Source: Octopus bimaculoides (Eukaryota). Taken from it: DNA of 48,487 bases. The stretch covers positions 22,060,545 through 22,109,031 of the forward strand of contig NC_068989.1 in the NCBI RefSeq assembly GCF_001194135.2. Direction: 5' to 3'. Made by a program: the position numbers and the translations under genes. How positions within the stretch are numbered: the first letter of the stretch is position 1; each line of letters starts with the position of its first letter. Below the pieces are notes generated by a model. That model saw nothing but the letters and a program-made list of their open reading frames with translations. It was not told the DNA's origin and made no database searches. Of this stretch, positions 10,382 to 22,691 are shown piece by piece.

Positions 10382-11326
10382 ATTATTTACATTATTTACA
10401 TTTGACGGTTATTTGTCTTCATATTGTTTGTTGTTAACACAACATTTCGGTTGATATACCCTCCATTTATACAGTGTAAAGAGAAGGATTGCTCAGTGCC
10501 TAAAACATCGAACAAAGAATATAAGTAGCGATCGTAATACACACCACGAAGAAATGATCAAGCTAAATAACAATCTATTAAGCAACAACTACCCCAAAAA
10601 CATACTATCCACTCCAATTATGAAGAAAAGAGAGGATGAAACCAGTAAACTGTCCACAGTCTGTTTACCGTACGTGAAAGGCCTCTCCGAAAAGATGCAA
10701 AAGATATGCGGCCCATATGACATCAGGACTGTATTCAAGAGTAATGCAACACTTCGCAAAATTCTCCTTCGAGTAAAACCACCAATAGAAGACTGCATGT
10801 ACTCTATCCCATGCAGATATACCGCCTCCTCAAAATAAGGGTAGACGAACATCGGAAAGCTGTGACACGAGGAGGTATTGATAAATTGGGTATAGCTGAT
10901 CATGTATGGGAAAATGGAGACCACCTCCCTCTATGGGATGAAGTTAAAATAATAGACAGAGAACACCACTGGAAAATACGACAACCAAAAGAATCAGCAC
11001 ATATGCTAGAACACAGCAACTGCCTAATCAGACTGAGTGTAGATATGAGTAGCATATGGGAACCGGTATTACGGGAGGATAGGAAAATATTTGATTCATA
11101 AGCCCTAAAATTCACTCCAGAATTGCCCACGAGCAACAAAAAGAACAGCAACATCGATAAATACCTTAGGAATGAGAATCCAGGTTCGAAATTTCCCCAA
11201 GACATCTCATGAAGGCTGGAGGGTATATCAGCCGAAACGTTGTGCTAACAACAAACAATATAAGGACAAATATTCGTCAAATGTATATAATATACATAAT
11301 TCCTCATCTCTTAAATATAGAACTGT
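10382..11326 (+). mobile_element. 5'-truncated Penelope-like retroelement (GIY-YIG endonuclease end) with inverted partial pseudo-LTR
   Basis: Frameshifted ORF ...LPYVKGLSEKMQKICGPYDIRTVFKS...MYSIPC / LKIRVDEHRK...IADHVWENGDHLPLWDEVKIIDRE is typical of the PLE C-terminus. 10382-10465 is the reverse complement of about 11218-11305. The 12-bp direct repeat ATGTCTGGAGAC flanks it at 10370-10381 and 11327-11338. Confidence 0.9.
11201..11246 (+). ncRNA. Degenerate minimal type I hammerhead ribozyme motif in the Penelope pseudo-LTR
   Basis: GACAT-CTCATGA-A-GGCTG(GAGGGTATAT)CAGCC-GAAACGT-T-GTGCT. Stem II GGCTG/CAGCC is perfect, GAAA core and ACGT palindromic stem III are present, but the core CUGAUGA reads CUCAUGA (G5 lost). 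Confidence 0.65.
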
Positions 11327-12423
11327 ATGTCTGGAGACGTTAGAATATTTACCAAACATTAGGCTATCCTACCACTCTGTGTTCCATTATCTGTTTCCGG
11401 TTTCAGTTATATAGTACTCTGATGAGTCACCTTACTGAAAAAATTTCATTTTAATTTTAAGTTGTCTCCCTAACCTTTGTTTGGATTTGATTGTCATTGT
11501 TCAATAAGGTTTCCCTCTTTAATTTACAAATATTGTTGTGATTAAATTATTGTGCTCGTACATTAAGTGTGTTAATGCTAACTTCACTAAAAAGAAAATA
11601 AATATTAAATCACTATTCGGCATACATATGCCTATTTCAATCTAATATCTTGTCGCCAAGTCGAAAGACATTCTATATATTCATGTACATGTTGTTTCGT
11701 TTGTTATTTTTCCCCGTTATCGTCGCAATTTATCTTTATTTAGAGTTCGGAGAACAGCCTTTACTTTTTCTTATCACTACCCTTGTTTCAACTTACTTCT
11801 GTCCTTATTCGTCTGTCGTGTCCGCTCGTCTGTACCTCAACAGTTGACGTTATTGATACCGACAAACTGAATATTGTCATAAGGTGTTGAAATTGTGATG
11901 ATGTTTGATTGAGAACTGATGAGGCGTTTGTGTTTTTTGTTCTTTCTGCAATTTTTTGTCGTCCTTCTGTGTCACTTTGTCCATTATTGAAACATGCCTA
12001 CCTGTTCAATATGCAATATACATACATATACATCAATATACAATATACATAGGTGCATGTCAAAGTATACTATACATACATGTCAATACACAGTATAAAT
12101 AAATGTGATGAGAATGTACAGCATACGTGCAACTAGCATACAATTAACAAATGTTTCATAACATCCTCCAACAAACCAGAATTCAGCTTCAGATCATTTT
12201 AAGGATTTTCATTTTAGTGTTACATTTCTCACCAAGTTTGTCTCAAAACTTCAAATCTAAAGGAACTAGGATTCTTTATTTGAATACGTGGCACTGATTG
12301 TCCAGAACATCTTATAGTCCGTACTAATTTACGAACTGTAACTGAAAATTCCTGCTGCCTCATACTAGTTTACAGGTACCTTGCACAGTACAGCGTTTAT
12401 AAACCTATTTCATTTATGCTAGT

Positions 12424-12798
12424 GGAGGCGCAATGACCCAGTGGTTAGGGCAGCGGACTCGCGGTTTCGATTCCCAGACCGGGCGCTGTGAGTGTTTATT
12501 GAGCGAAAACACCTAAAGCTCCACAAGGCTCCGGCAGGGGATGGTGGCGAACCCTGCTGTACTCTTTCACCACAACTTTTTCTCACTCTTACTTCCTGTT
12601 TCTGTTGTGCTTGTAATTCAAAGGGTCAGCCTTGTCACACTGTGTCACGCTGAATATCCCCGAGAACTACGTTAAGGGTACACGTGTCTGTGGAGTGCTC
12701 AGCCACTTGCACGTTAATTTCACGAGCAGGCTGTTCCGTTGATCGGATCAACTGGAACCTTCGACGTCGTAAGCGACGGAGTGCCAACAACAACAACA
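12424..12798 (+). mobile_element. tRNA-derived SINE with (CAA)n tail
   Basis: A-box-like TGACCCAGTGG and B-box-like GGTTTCGATTCCC; CAA-repeat tail; nearly identical to 21635-22010 in the opposite orientation. Confidence 0.85.
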
Positions 12799-14448
12799 TT
12801 TATGCTATTGTGCAAGTGTCTGTATTTCATTTAATCATTTAAACAAATTTAGTATCAGCTAATGATTAGGGTGTTGGACTCATGATCGTATGATTGTGGT
12901 TTCGATTCCTGGACCAGGCGACACTTAATTTCACATTGCTCCAGTCCACTCAACTGGCAAAAATGAGTAATTCTACGACGGACGGGCGTCCCGTCCAGGT
13001 GGGGAATATATACGCCATAGAAATTGGGAAACCGGCCCTATAAGCCTATATGACTCAGGAAGGATCATTACTTTACATTTTAAGGTGGTGCCCCATCATG
13101 GCCGCAGTCAGATAACCTAGACAGGTTCCGGAAAATCGATGTTGTGCCTGTATAACGCTTTAACTTTAGAAAGAAACGGAAATAGAAATGTGTGATATTC
13201 GTTTCCTAGTTATTGGCAATGTATAAGTGTAGGCGTGGCTCTCTGGTAAGAACTCTGCTTCCCAACAACATTATTCTGGGTTCAGTGCCACTGCATAACA
13301 CATTGAGCTAGTATCTTCTAGTATAGCCTCAGGCCAACAAAAGACTTGTGAGTGGATTTGGTGAACAGAAACTGAAAGAAGCCTGCTGGCACTTGTGCCG
13401 GTGGCACGTGTAAAGACATTCGAGCGAGATCGTTGCCGGTGCCGCTGGACTGGCTCCTGTGCAGGTGGCACGTAAACTACACCATTTTGAGCGTGGCCGT
13501 TGCCAGTACCACCTGACTGGCCTTCGTGCTGGTGGCACGTAAAAACACCCGCTACACTCTCGGAGTGGTTGGCATTAGGAAGAGCATCCAGCTGTAGAAA
13601 CTCTGCCAGAGAGATGGTGTAGCCATCTGGTTCACAAGTCCTCAGTCAAATGATCCAACCCATGCTAGCATGGAAAGCGGATGTTAAACAATGATGATGA
13701 TGATGGTGATATATATATATATATAGTTTTAGGGAAAAGAACCAAGGTTCATGAACTCATCGATGAAAATCCACTGTCACATATAGAAAAATTAATAAGT
13801 AAAAGCACAATAAATAAGTACAATATAATACAAAGTAAAAATCATAAGATAAAGATAATAAAACGACTACACGTGTTTCATAACCAATTTTCAAATAGAA
13901 AGAAAATTTAAATCGATTAAAACTATCGAAAATCAATTCTATTCAAAAATATAGCTAATCTTCAGGTCAAAATACAACAATAATAATAGTATATATATAT
14001 ATATATATAGTATTCTTTAACATGAATACTGTTACTGTAACTTCGAAGTTTCTGTCCGCTAAGTTGTCATTGGACTATGTTCATCTTGCTTGGTGTAGTT
14101 GGAGTTCTCTTGAATGATCATTGGTTGTAGGGTACGCTGTGATGGAAAGGTATTATGGAAGATTTTTATTAAGTTTTGCATTAACACTCATACATTTACA
14201 TTGAATGCCAATATCCAGTATTATACAACCGTTTTGTCAATTATTTTCTTCAGTGCTAACTCGTGTTCTGCTTCTACAAATCATTTTGATTTTGATGTTA
14301 GCTCTAATGGTACTAAGGATGCTAATGCCTAATTTTAAATTCTTATTTTCTCTTAAACTTTCGAGGAAATCTGGACGGGTTACTAAGGGATTAATTAAAT
14401 TTTTCTTTTTTCTCTTTTTTTACCTTTTTCACTCTTTCGAAAACACAG

Positions 14449-14647
14449 GTTGAAGTCTATACAGAGTATGATGGAAAGCCAGCAAGAGATGATCCGTATG
14501 ATTACACAGAAAATGGAGATATGTACAGAAGATGATTTTGTCGATGAAGGTGAAAACTTTACCGAGTGTATGGGAACTGACCTCAGTAACGGGGAAAACC
14601 AAGTGAAACGGTGGAAAAGCTTTGTTGAAAAGAAAGTCAAAAAATAA
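14449..14647 (+). CDS. TRPA1: TRPA1-like terminal coding exon: C-terminal coiled coil and stop
   Basis: Long pyrimidine tract plus ACACAG acceptor, phase 2 start. (R)LKSIQSMMESQQEMIRMITQKMEICTEDD...KKVKK* vs human RLKDLTFLLEKQHELIKLIIQKMEIISETED. Confidence 0.9.
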
Positions 14648-15195
14648 TTTTCTTTGATGTTGTGCAAGCGGGCAGCAGAGCAAGAGTGACAATGAAAGTG
14701 TGCCAACAGCACAGACCAGATGTAGTTATGCAGGTGTGAATGTCTGCAGGTGTTTCAGCAGAACAAGAGTACCTGTATTAGTCTCAAGAGTTGTTTGTTG
14801 CAATTGTGTAGTAGTGGTTGTGCATGATGTGCCGGATTGTCGGATAATCATTAGTTTGCCGTGTAAAACGGCAGTGGCATATCAATAGTTGTTTGTGCTT
14901 TGTATCTCGTTAGATAAAACAGAACTATCTCTCTCTACTCCTTTGGTGACATTTTAGTCGTTAGATTAAACGTTTGACAGAAACAGATTATGAAGGAATG
15001 AACAAAAAAGGCAGCTAACTAAGGAATTAACAAACAACTGAAAGTTAAAATATATTATTTCTAATTAAGCAAAACAATTCTCAGGTTTAGAAAAATGTGT
15101 GTGAATTTTCAGTACATGTTATTTATATATTTATAAGCAGTATAAAAGATATTCTCCTCCCCAACAAAAACATTCTGTATCAATTCATTAAGCTA

Positions 15196-15201
<6 letters not shown>

Positions 15202-15258
<57 letters not shown>
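15202..15258. repeat. (TA)n microsatellite
   Basis: Pure TA run. Similar runs at about 29925-29966 and 33369-33411; (CA)n at about 2652-2686; (CAT)n at about 24654-24682; (AG)n(TG)n at about 39927-39983. Confidence 0.95.
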
Positions 15259-15266
<8 letters not shown>

Positions 15267-15429
15267 TACATATATATAACCATATACGTACATACACACA
15301 CACACATGTATTCTATGCTAGCCAGATTAGAATACTGGAATGGTCATTGTAAGAAAACTTGGACATCCCTACTGATTGGTAGTGATAAATAGAGAATTTC
15401 AAAAAATACGAACTCAAGAAAACAAAATC

Positions 15430-16164
15430 GGTGCAACTCTGGCGTGTGATCTACAAGGACGATTACTTTAGCTTACATTTTAGTTTATTTTGTGCTCGTG
15501 CTACTTTGGTGTATGATGATTTTATCAATGAATTGAGCGAACATTTGCTAGAAACACAAGAAAAAGGTCTCATCTGCAACCAGCAAAAGTAATCATCTTT
15601 TTCAAAATACGAATTTTCGAATCCAACCAAGTTCTTTCAGTTGCTTGAGTATTGGTTCCAGTGTTTGGATCAACATAATATCTTTGGTGGTTGGCAATAG
15701 AATGGCAAAAATTTAGATAATTTAAACTGAAGTATGCTGGTCATTCGTCGGAATGAATACCCGAATTTTTTGCAATTTTCCTTTGAATTATGGGTTCAAG
15801 TGTTTCACGATTTTTTTCTACATAAAAATAGCGGCTATCTGCATCTTTCTTTAATTCAAAGCCCTTCCAATCTCACCTTGACTATTTCTTTTGGCTACAG
15901 ATGAGGAAAGAGTGCTGAAGCCCTTTTTCATGCGTTTCTAGCAGATGTTCACTCAATTCATCGATAAAATTATTTTAATAATAATAAAACCATGTTTCAT
16001 TTAGTTTTAGTAAATAAATAAACCAAGAATAAACAATATAATAATTAAAATAAGCGCTCAGATCACACATCAAAATAAATTTGCTCACGTAGATCACATG
16101 GCAATGTAACTCTAACACAAAGTAATCGCCCTTTAAGTTGTAGATCACACGTCAAGGTAGCTCC
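15430..16164 (-). mobile_element. Merlin DNA transposon, internally deleted, DDE-domain remnant
   Basis: Same TIR family as 6611-7103; perfect 8-bp TSD ACAAAATC at 15422-15429 and 16165-16172; subterminal AGATCACA repeats. The minus strand reads RETLEPIIQ..GIHSDE*PAY..NH..YVDPNTGTNTQATERTW (ISXO2/Merlin catalytic motifs, broken frame). Confidence 0.88.
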
Positions 16165-19100
16165 ACAAAATCTTAGTTAATGATTCGTAAAAAATCATAG
16201 GCCCCTTTCATATAATTTATTCCCACAAACCGGTGTTGTCATATGGCATTGTCTCACGAGAAGAGAAAAATAAAATAATCTTCTAAAATATTTTAAATTA
16301 TTTATTAAGTTACAAGGCGTGGATAATTTATGAGATAGAATAATTGGCTCATGTAGAGAAATGAAAATTTTAGGTAGTTTTTAAAAATTTTGTTACATAA
16401 TTTCAAGTATCATATATGCAACTGTCATCAGTTTTATGCCCACTTCTCAAGCTTATATGGATTAAACAGGTCGTCATGTTTGAAGTTCTTATTCAGAGTT
16501 ACTTGCCCTCTTTATACAGATTGTAAACCATATCATACGTTCCAATTTTCCCATGGTTTCTTTGGATGGATAATGCTCCTAACTCTTAGCATATTGCAAA
16601 GTGTACTGCAAGCATTTTATACTGACTGGTACCAGCACTAGAGAGGTTGCCTCGTCCTCAGCGAGATTAAAGAATCCGCTCTACATTATCTCTGTTAAAG
16701 CTACAGTGACTGAAATAAGAATTGAATAACTTATCTAGATTAAACTCCAGTTGACGGCGAATTTGACAGGTTTAACAAATATTTTTAAGTGCACACTCTG
16801 ATGGCAATGAAAACGAACATGGAAACTGAGGTTTTGATCCTTGGTTATATGAAGCAGTTGTATATCTGCTAGAAGTATATTGTGTGGTTTTGTTGCAATT
16901 CTATCATCCATCACCATTTTTATTAATTATATAGAGGCATAGGCTTGGTTGTGTGGTCAAGAAATTTGTTTCAAAACCAGTCTCACAGCATGACACCGTG
17001 GGCAAGTGCCTTCTATCTTGAGCTACAGCTGACCAATACCTTGTGAGAGTAACTGGTAGACATTGCACACAGAAACCTGTTACGTGCGTGTGTGAATGTT
17101 AATATGCTGTGATTCCTTATCAGAAAGTTATCTTCTGGTTCTAAACTTTCAAAAATGAGTAAAATAATAACAGTTAAGTGTTAGTGACAGAAGGGTATCC
17201 AGCAGTTAAAACGATTCTTCAATAATATATATATATTCCATACTAGTATGGAAAAATGAACGTAAAATAATTACAAGAACTAGATACATTATACTTTTCC
17301 AGTGCAGATGGTACACTAAAATGCACCCAATGAGGATTGTGGGTTATCATAATAAAATGTAGCCAGTACACATATGGGATAGGGTTTCCAGAAACAAAAA
17401 TGGCAGTTTTCTCTCAATTGTTGTATGTGCCAGATGACATAGGACTGCGACAAGCGATGAAATATTGGCAGATCTGTCCAAAGTATGTTGCATAAAAAAA
17501 AACAACATAAAATGCATTTTTTTTTACATAGGCGCAAGGAGTGGCTGTGTGGTAAGTAGCTTGCTTACGAACCACATGGTTCTGGGTTCAGTCCCACTGC
17601 GTGACACCTTGGGCGTCTTCTACTATAGCCTCGGACCGACCAAAGACTTGTGAGTGGATTTGGTAGACAGAAACTGAAAGAAGCCCGTTAAAGTCTGTCA
17701 TACCAGCCATGATGAAATACCACAAGGTATAGAAAATACGTATTCGCCTTTATATATTTAATCCTTTATATTGAACACTCAATATTTCATCTATTCAATA
17801 AGACATTCAATACTTTATTTCATTGTACCATCCATTTTTATTTTATATTATATATTGTATATTCCATATTCTATATCCCACATTGGTTTTGCAGGAATAT
17901 AAATAAAACATAAAAAACAGACAGTGTTGGAACTCTTTTAAACAAAATAATATATTCCTCTATACACAATCATACAAAACCACTTTTTTTGTATTTATTT
18001 TTACTTGCACACATATATATATATATAAATTATATAATAATAATAATATTAGGGACAAATATGTATGTGTGTGTGTGTTTGTCCCCCCCAACATCGCTTG
18101 ACAACCGATGCTGGTGTGTTTACGTCCCCGTAACTTAGCGGTTCGGCAAAAGAGACCGATAGAATAAGTCCTGGGGTCGATTTGCTCGACTAAAGGCGGT
18201 GCTCCAGCATGGCCGCAGTCAAATGACTGAAACAAGTAAAAGAGTAAAAGAATAAAATTTGTTGTCATTCCTATCATTATTTTATAAGTTATTATGAATG
18301 ATGGCGATGATTATGCTGATGGCAGCAGTAATTATACTGGTGGTGACGATACCAGAGATGGTGGTTGTGATGATGTTTAAAAACTTATGAAGATTTGCAA
18401 AGAGAGGAGGAGTGAAACTGAGGAAGTGCAGGGAAAAGCTAGGAAAATGTTTTTGTTTCGGAAATCAATCAACAACTCTGTTACTAAAATTTTACGAGAA
18501 AGGTAAATAGCTATTAGAGAGAAAAAGAACAAATGAACTGAAAACAATAGCTTCAAAAGATGATAAATGCCCCAATTCATGGTTTTTTTATTAGTCGTTT
18601 GATTACAGCTGTCTGCAGCTATCTAGCTGTGAGTATATTTGGGCAACACCCGTTTTGGACTATGTACACAATGTTTAGGATATATAAACAAGTAAGAAAA
18701 TATTACATGACATTTATACAAAGACATCAGAACTCACAAGTAAAAAGAATTATCTACTACAATGCTGTCTCTCTTTCTCTCACATGTCTATCTATTGATA
18801 TAAATATAAATTAGAAATGGAAACCAAAACAATAAATTGAACAATTAAATAATTTAATCATTAAATGATAAATTCGATTCAATTTCATCATTTTATAGAA
18901 AACAAATGACATATCTCATAAATTACAGCTGTTTCCACTTCATTAATAAAACCAAATTTTTCAAGAATAATAAAATCCCATTTAAGTACAAGGACATCTT
19001 TTTAAATATTTCACAAAAAATAACAGTTGAAACTTTTTTATAATTGCTAACACTTTTTAAAAAAACGCTTTTTGAGAGCGAGCGTAATCATAAATAAATA

Positions 19101-19310
19101 ATCTAACTGAAATTACGTAAATTCCTAAATTTAAATCTATCAGAATCTAGTTCTATAACCGATTTTGTTGTATAATACACACATTCATATATTGATATAG
19201 GTAATAAAAATCAGTAAATTCTTCGGATATTTAATATCCCTTAGTTGATTATTTAACACCTAGCTAAATTGTTATCTATCTATATATCTATATATATATA
19301 TATACACGCA

Positions 19311-19500
19311 TACGAGGGGGTACTATAAAGTTCCTGATATTGAGGGTATCACGAAAGGCCAAACCTACAGAGCTTAGAAAAATTGAAAGACTGCTGCAAT
19401 ATGTACGTGAATCTGAGAGAGGAATATGTTGAATAAAATAATAATTAACTGATCCTCCTATATTTTCTTTTACCCAAAGCCAAGAACTTTTCAGCTCATA
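19311..19500. mobile_element. Short mariner-derived non-autonomous element
   Basis: Begins TA-CGAGGGGGTACTATAAAGTTCCT and ends CCAAGAACTTTTCAGCTC (degenerate inverted end). The interior resembles a mariner C-terminus (LEKLKDCCNMYVNL..EYVE*). Confidence 0.55.
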
Positions 19501-20339
19501 TATATATACTCTTATTTTACATAGAGGTGCACCAAATTTCTGGAGATTTATGGTCCAGAAACTCTTATAATCTGCACTAATTTACAAGCAGGAAATTCAA
19601 ATTCTCATAGCCATCATACTTGTTTACTGAGTAGCTGTTTCACAGAGCAGTATTAATAAATTTGTATCATTTATACTAATGTACATCTACCCAGATTTAA
19701 TTTATTTAGAGGTGACACAGGATGGTCACCTCTAATTACGAAAAGATTTGGAACCAAAAGTTCTGGAAACTCAATGTTCTCCCTGTAGTTGAAATGGATT
19801 TCTTAATGCATAGCACAGCGGTCAAATTCAGAAAAGGATAGTGTAGTTGATTACAAATTGACCCCTGCACCTGAACAAAACTGACAGTTATATAATCAAC
19901 ACTAAGTAGATGAAACACAAAGAGAAAAATTTTACTATTTTCTGTATATATCTGTCACTTTAGTATATAGTGGGTAAGGAGTAGTGAGGGAGAGGGTTGT
20001 CAATCAAATTGACCCAAATATTTGACTGATGCCTATTTAGCCACAGAGGAATGAAAAACAAAGCCAGTAAGGATTTAAACACAAGATGTGAAGAGACACA
20101 GATAAATATACTGAAAAGTATCACCTTCATCTTCCAGAAAAGGTTCCCTACATGCTTTGACAAAGGCCAGCCTTGTTGACTTTGAAATACTTAAATACCA
20201 GAGGCTTTGGAACTTGTTACAAGTACTCAAAGTTTGTACCTTTTATGTCAGAAAGACTTTTTTACTGTCAGCAACATAAGATGCAAAGTATTTGAAATCA
20301 CCAACTTCAAAATATCTCATGGCATGTGCACAAAACCAG

Positions 20340-20670
20340 AGATTTATGGAGGCCTTTCTCCCATCTCATTGCAGGGTTTGTTTAGCAGATCACTGCCATC
20401 GTAGTCAAGCTATATAAGATATATTGTATTTTGGAAGGTCTATTTATGGAGACCTTTCTTCTATCACATTGCAGGATTCATTTTGCAGGTCATTACTATC
20501 ATAGTTAAGCTATATGAGATATTGCATTTTGGAAGTTTCCATGCCCTAATTCAGGGATTTATGGAGAACTTTCTCCCATCTCAACACAGGGTTAGTTTTG
20601 CGGATCACTGTCATTGTAGTTAAGCTATATCAGATATATTGTATTTTGGAAATTTTCACACCCCAACAGA
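20340..20670. repeat. Three diverged tandem copies of a 100-115 bp unit
   Basis: ATTTATGGAG..CTTTCT...TAGT(C/T)AAGCTATAT.AGATA..TTG.ATTTTGGAA recurs at about 20341, 20441 and 20556. Confidence 0.75.
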
Positions 20671-21249
20671 GATGCACAACATGAAATTAAAGACTTATCA
20701 AAGCTAAATGATTCCTAGTGTGGATGTAGTGAAATACATCACAGTTTGAGATCCCTTGATGAGTGAAATAAAATACAAGGCATTTGTTTCAACTAACTCT
20801 TATTTCTGCCAATCCACTTCATTCCTTACACTGGCATATAGTCACATATCTCGTGGAAGAGATGACTAAATTGGTCCTCAGGACTTTGATTAGTATTTAT
20901 TTTATCAACATACGAAAGAATAAAAATAAAAGAATTAAATTTTAAAAAAGCCATGAGATTGGAACTCAGAACATAAAGCAATTTGTTCTGCAGCTTCAAC
21001 CAACTCATCTCTTATTCCATCCCAATATCAATACACAATTAACAGAAAATATAATGTTGCATACAACACTGGGGAAATAGATTAATATTTTTTTGCTGGA
21101 GTAGAACATTCAAAAAAATTTCTATGACACAGGAAATTTGGTATTTTGATCAATATGTATTTGTGTATAGTTGTATATTTGTGAATGTATATTTAAAAAT
21201 AAAAAAATAAAAGTACACAGTAGAAATTGCAGATGGACTTGGATTCAAA

Positions 21250-21255
21250 TTTATT
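21250..21255 (-). promoter_or_regulatory. Candidate polyadenylation signal of BUB1
   Basis: AATAAA on the - strand about 160 nt after the stop, followed by a U-rich stretch (plus-strand A-rich run at about 21195-21212). Confidence 0.45.
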
Positions 21256-21322
21256 AAACATATCTCATTACTGCATTGCTTTAACAAGACATTTCACACA
21301 CATACACACAGTTTACTTTCAC

Positions 21323-21358
<36 letters not shown>

Positions 21359-21412
21359 ACACAATGGTTTAAGCATTAAAAGACTGTCCAGAGGGTCATT
21401 GTCTACACCAGC

Positions 21413-21578
21413 TTATTGCATATCCGTGTACATGGCCATCTTAAACTGGGCCACTAAAGAAGAATTAAAATATTCAATAAACTGATCACGAAGTTCAATC
21501 AGATTCGGTAACTGGTCTGCTGATGGAATATTGAGTAAGTCATGGAAAAGCTGTTTCCATAATGGAATATTCCATTTC
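21413..21578 (-). CDS. BUB1: BUB1 terminal coding exon
   Basis: TTCTAG acceptor, phase 2 start. KWNIPLWKQLFHDLLNIPSADQLPNLIELRDQF...TDMQ* vs human [28 protein letters not shown]. Confidence 0.93.
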
Positions 21579-21634
21579 CTAGAAAAGAGAAAGAAAAATA
21601 ATAATTAACTCATTAGCAATATAATACCATAATA

Positions 21635-22010
21635 TTGTTGTTGGCACTCCGTCGCTTACGACGTCAAGGGTTCCAGTTGATCCGATCAACGGAACAGCCT
21701 GCTCGTGAAATTAACGTGCAAGTGGCTGAGCACTCCACAGACACGTGTACCCTTAACGTAGTTATCGGAGATATTCAGCGTGACACAGTGTGACAAGGCT
21801 GACCCTTTGAATTACAGGCACAACAGAAACAGGAAGTAAGAGTGAGAGAAAGTTGTGGTGGAAGAGTACAGCAGGGTTCGCCACCATCCCCTGCCGGAGC
21901 CTCGTAGAGCTTTAGGTGTTTTCGCTCAATAAACACTCACAACGCCCGGTCTGGGAATCGAAACCGCGATCCTATGACCGCGAGTCTGCTGCCCTAACCA
22001 CTGGGCCATT
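21635..22010 (-). mobile_element. tRNA-derived SINE with (CAA)n tail, in the last BUB1 intron
   Basis: Reverse complement of 12424-12798 at high identity. Confidence 0.85.
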
Positions 22011-22584
22011 TTTACTGTAGAAAACTAATTGTGATGTGTGAGTTTGGGCACATAACTGCAAATGCTGAGGGAGCATATAACCAATTAACCAACCTCAGCT
22101 CATCACTGGTACATTTTATTTTTATCAATCAGACAGACAGACATAACAAATTTGGTTGATGCAAACTGTGTAGAAGACTGTCAAATGTACATGTTTGTAT
22201 CAACCAAAATTACTTTTTGGTATTTCCATTCAATCTCAGTGTTAACATTTCATCTTCCAAATAACAGAGAGAGTACAAAGCTGCAGTGGACTGACTGAAT
22301 GCTGATGAAAATGAGCCAAGAGAATCTTTACATAGTTGTTAAGGCTTCTAGAAATAGTAGCTATATCAACCTCAAATCATTATCCTACTAAGTGTCGAGA
22401 AACATTGGATAAGGTAGTACAAGATATATTATGTCTGAATAGATAGACGGAATGGAAGATCTCTGTTCACAGTAACCTTGATCAGCACTTCGCTAGGTCT
22501 AAGCAACATCAACAACAACAAAATCGAGGACAGGATGCATGTACAACTTAATGAGATAGATATTCAAGAGTGAGATTTACTTAC

Positions 22585-22691
22585 CGCTGAAAGTTGGAGG
22601 TGAGTAGCCATTTTCCTTGAGAATAGAAAACATTCATGTATTTGCCAAAGAGAACAGTGTGTATCGTTCCAAGAATGCCAAACAGATCTGT
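22585..22691 (-). CDS. BUB1: BUB1 kinase exon: alphaF
   Basis: TTGCAG acceptor and GTAAGT donor; 107 nt, phase 0-2. TDLFGILGTIHTVLFGKYMNVFYSQGKWLLTSNFQ(R) vs human [21 protein letters not shown]. Confidence 0.93.

Noticed and set aside
11419-11440. CTGATGA...GAAA hammerhead-like core downstream of the Penelope element
   Set aside because: Stem II has an extra base before GAAA and stem I does not pair convincingly; probably chance.
12424-12500. tRNA-like sequences (also at the heads of other repeats)
   Set aside because: They are A/B-box heads of multi-copy SINEs and do not form complete cloverleaves.
14700-14888. Cys/Val-rich ORF just after the TRPA1 stop
   Set aside because: No homology or splice support; consistent with 3' UTR.
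15097-15392. ORFs containing (YI)n, (HT)n or (CV)n runs (also near 2460, 26274, 33327, 36275, 39947)
   Set aside because: These are translations of dinucleotide microsatellites and SINE interiors.
16555-16625. WMDNAP-like motif suggesting a pogo/Tc1 remnant
   Set aside because: Single short motif followed by a stop, with no other transposase motifs or TIRs found.
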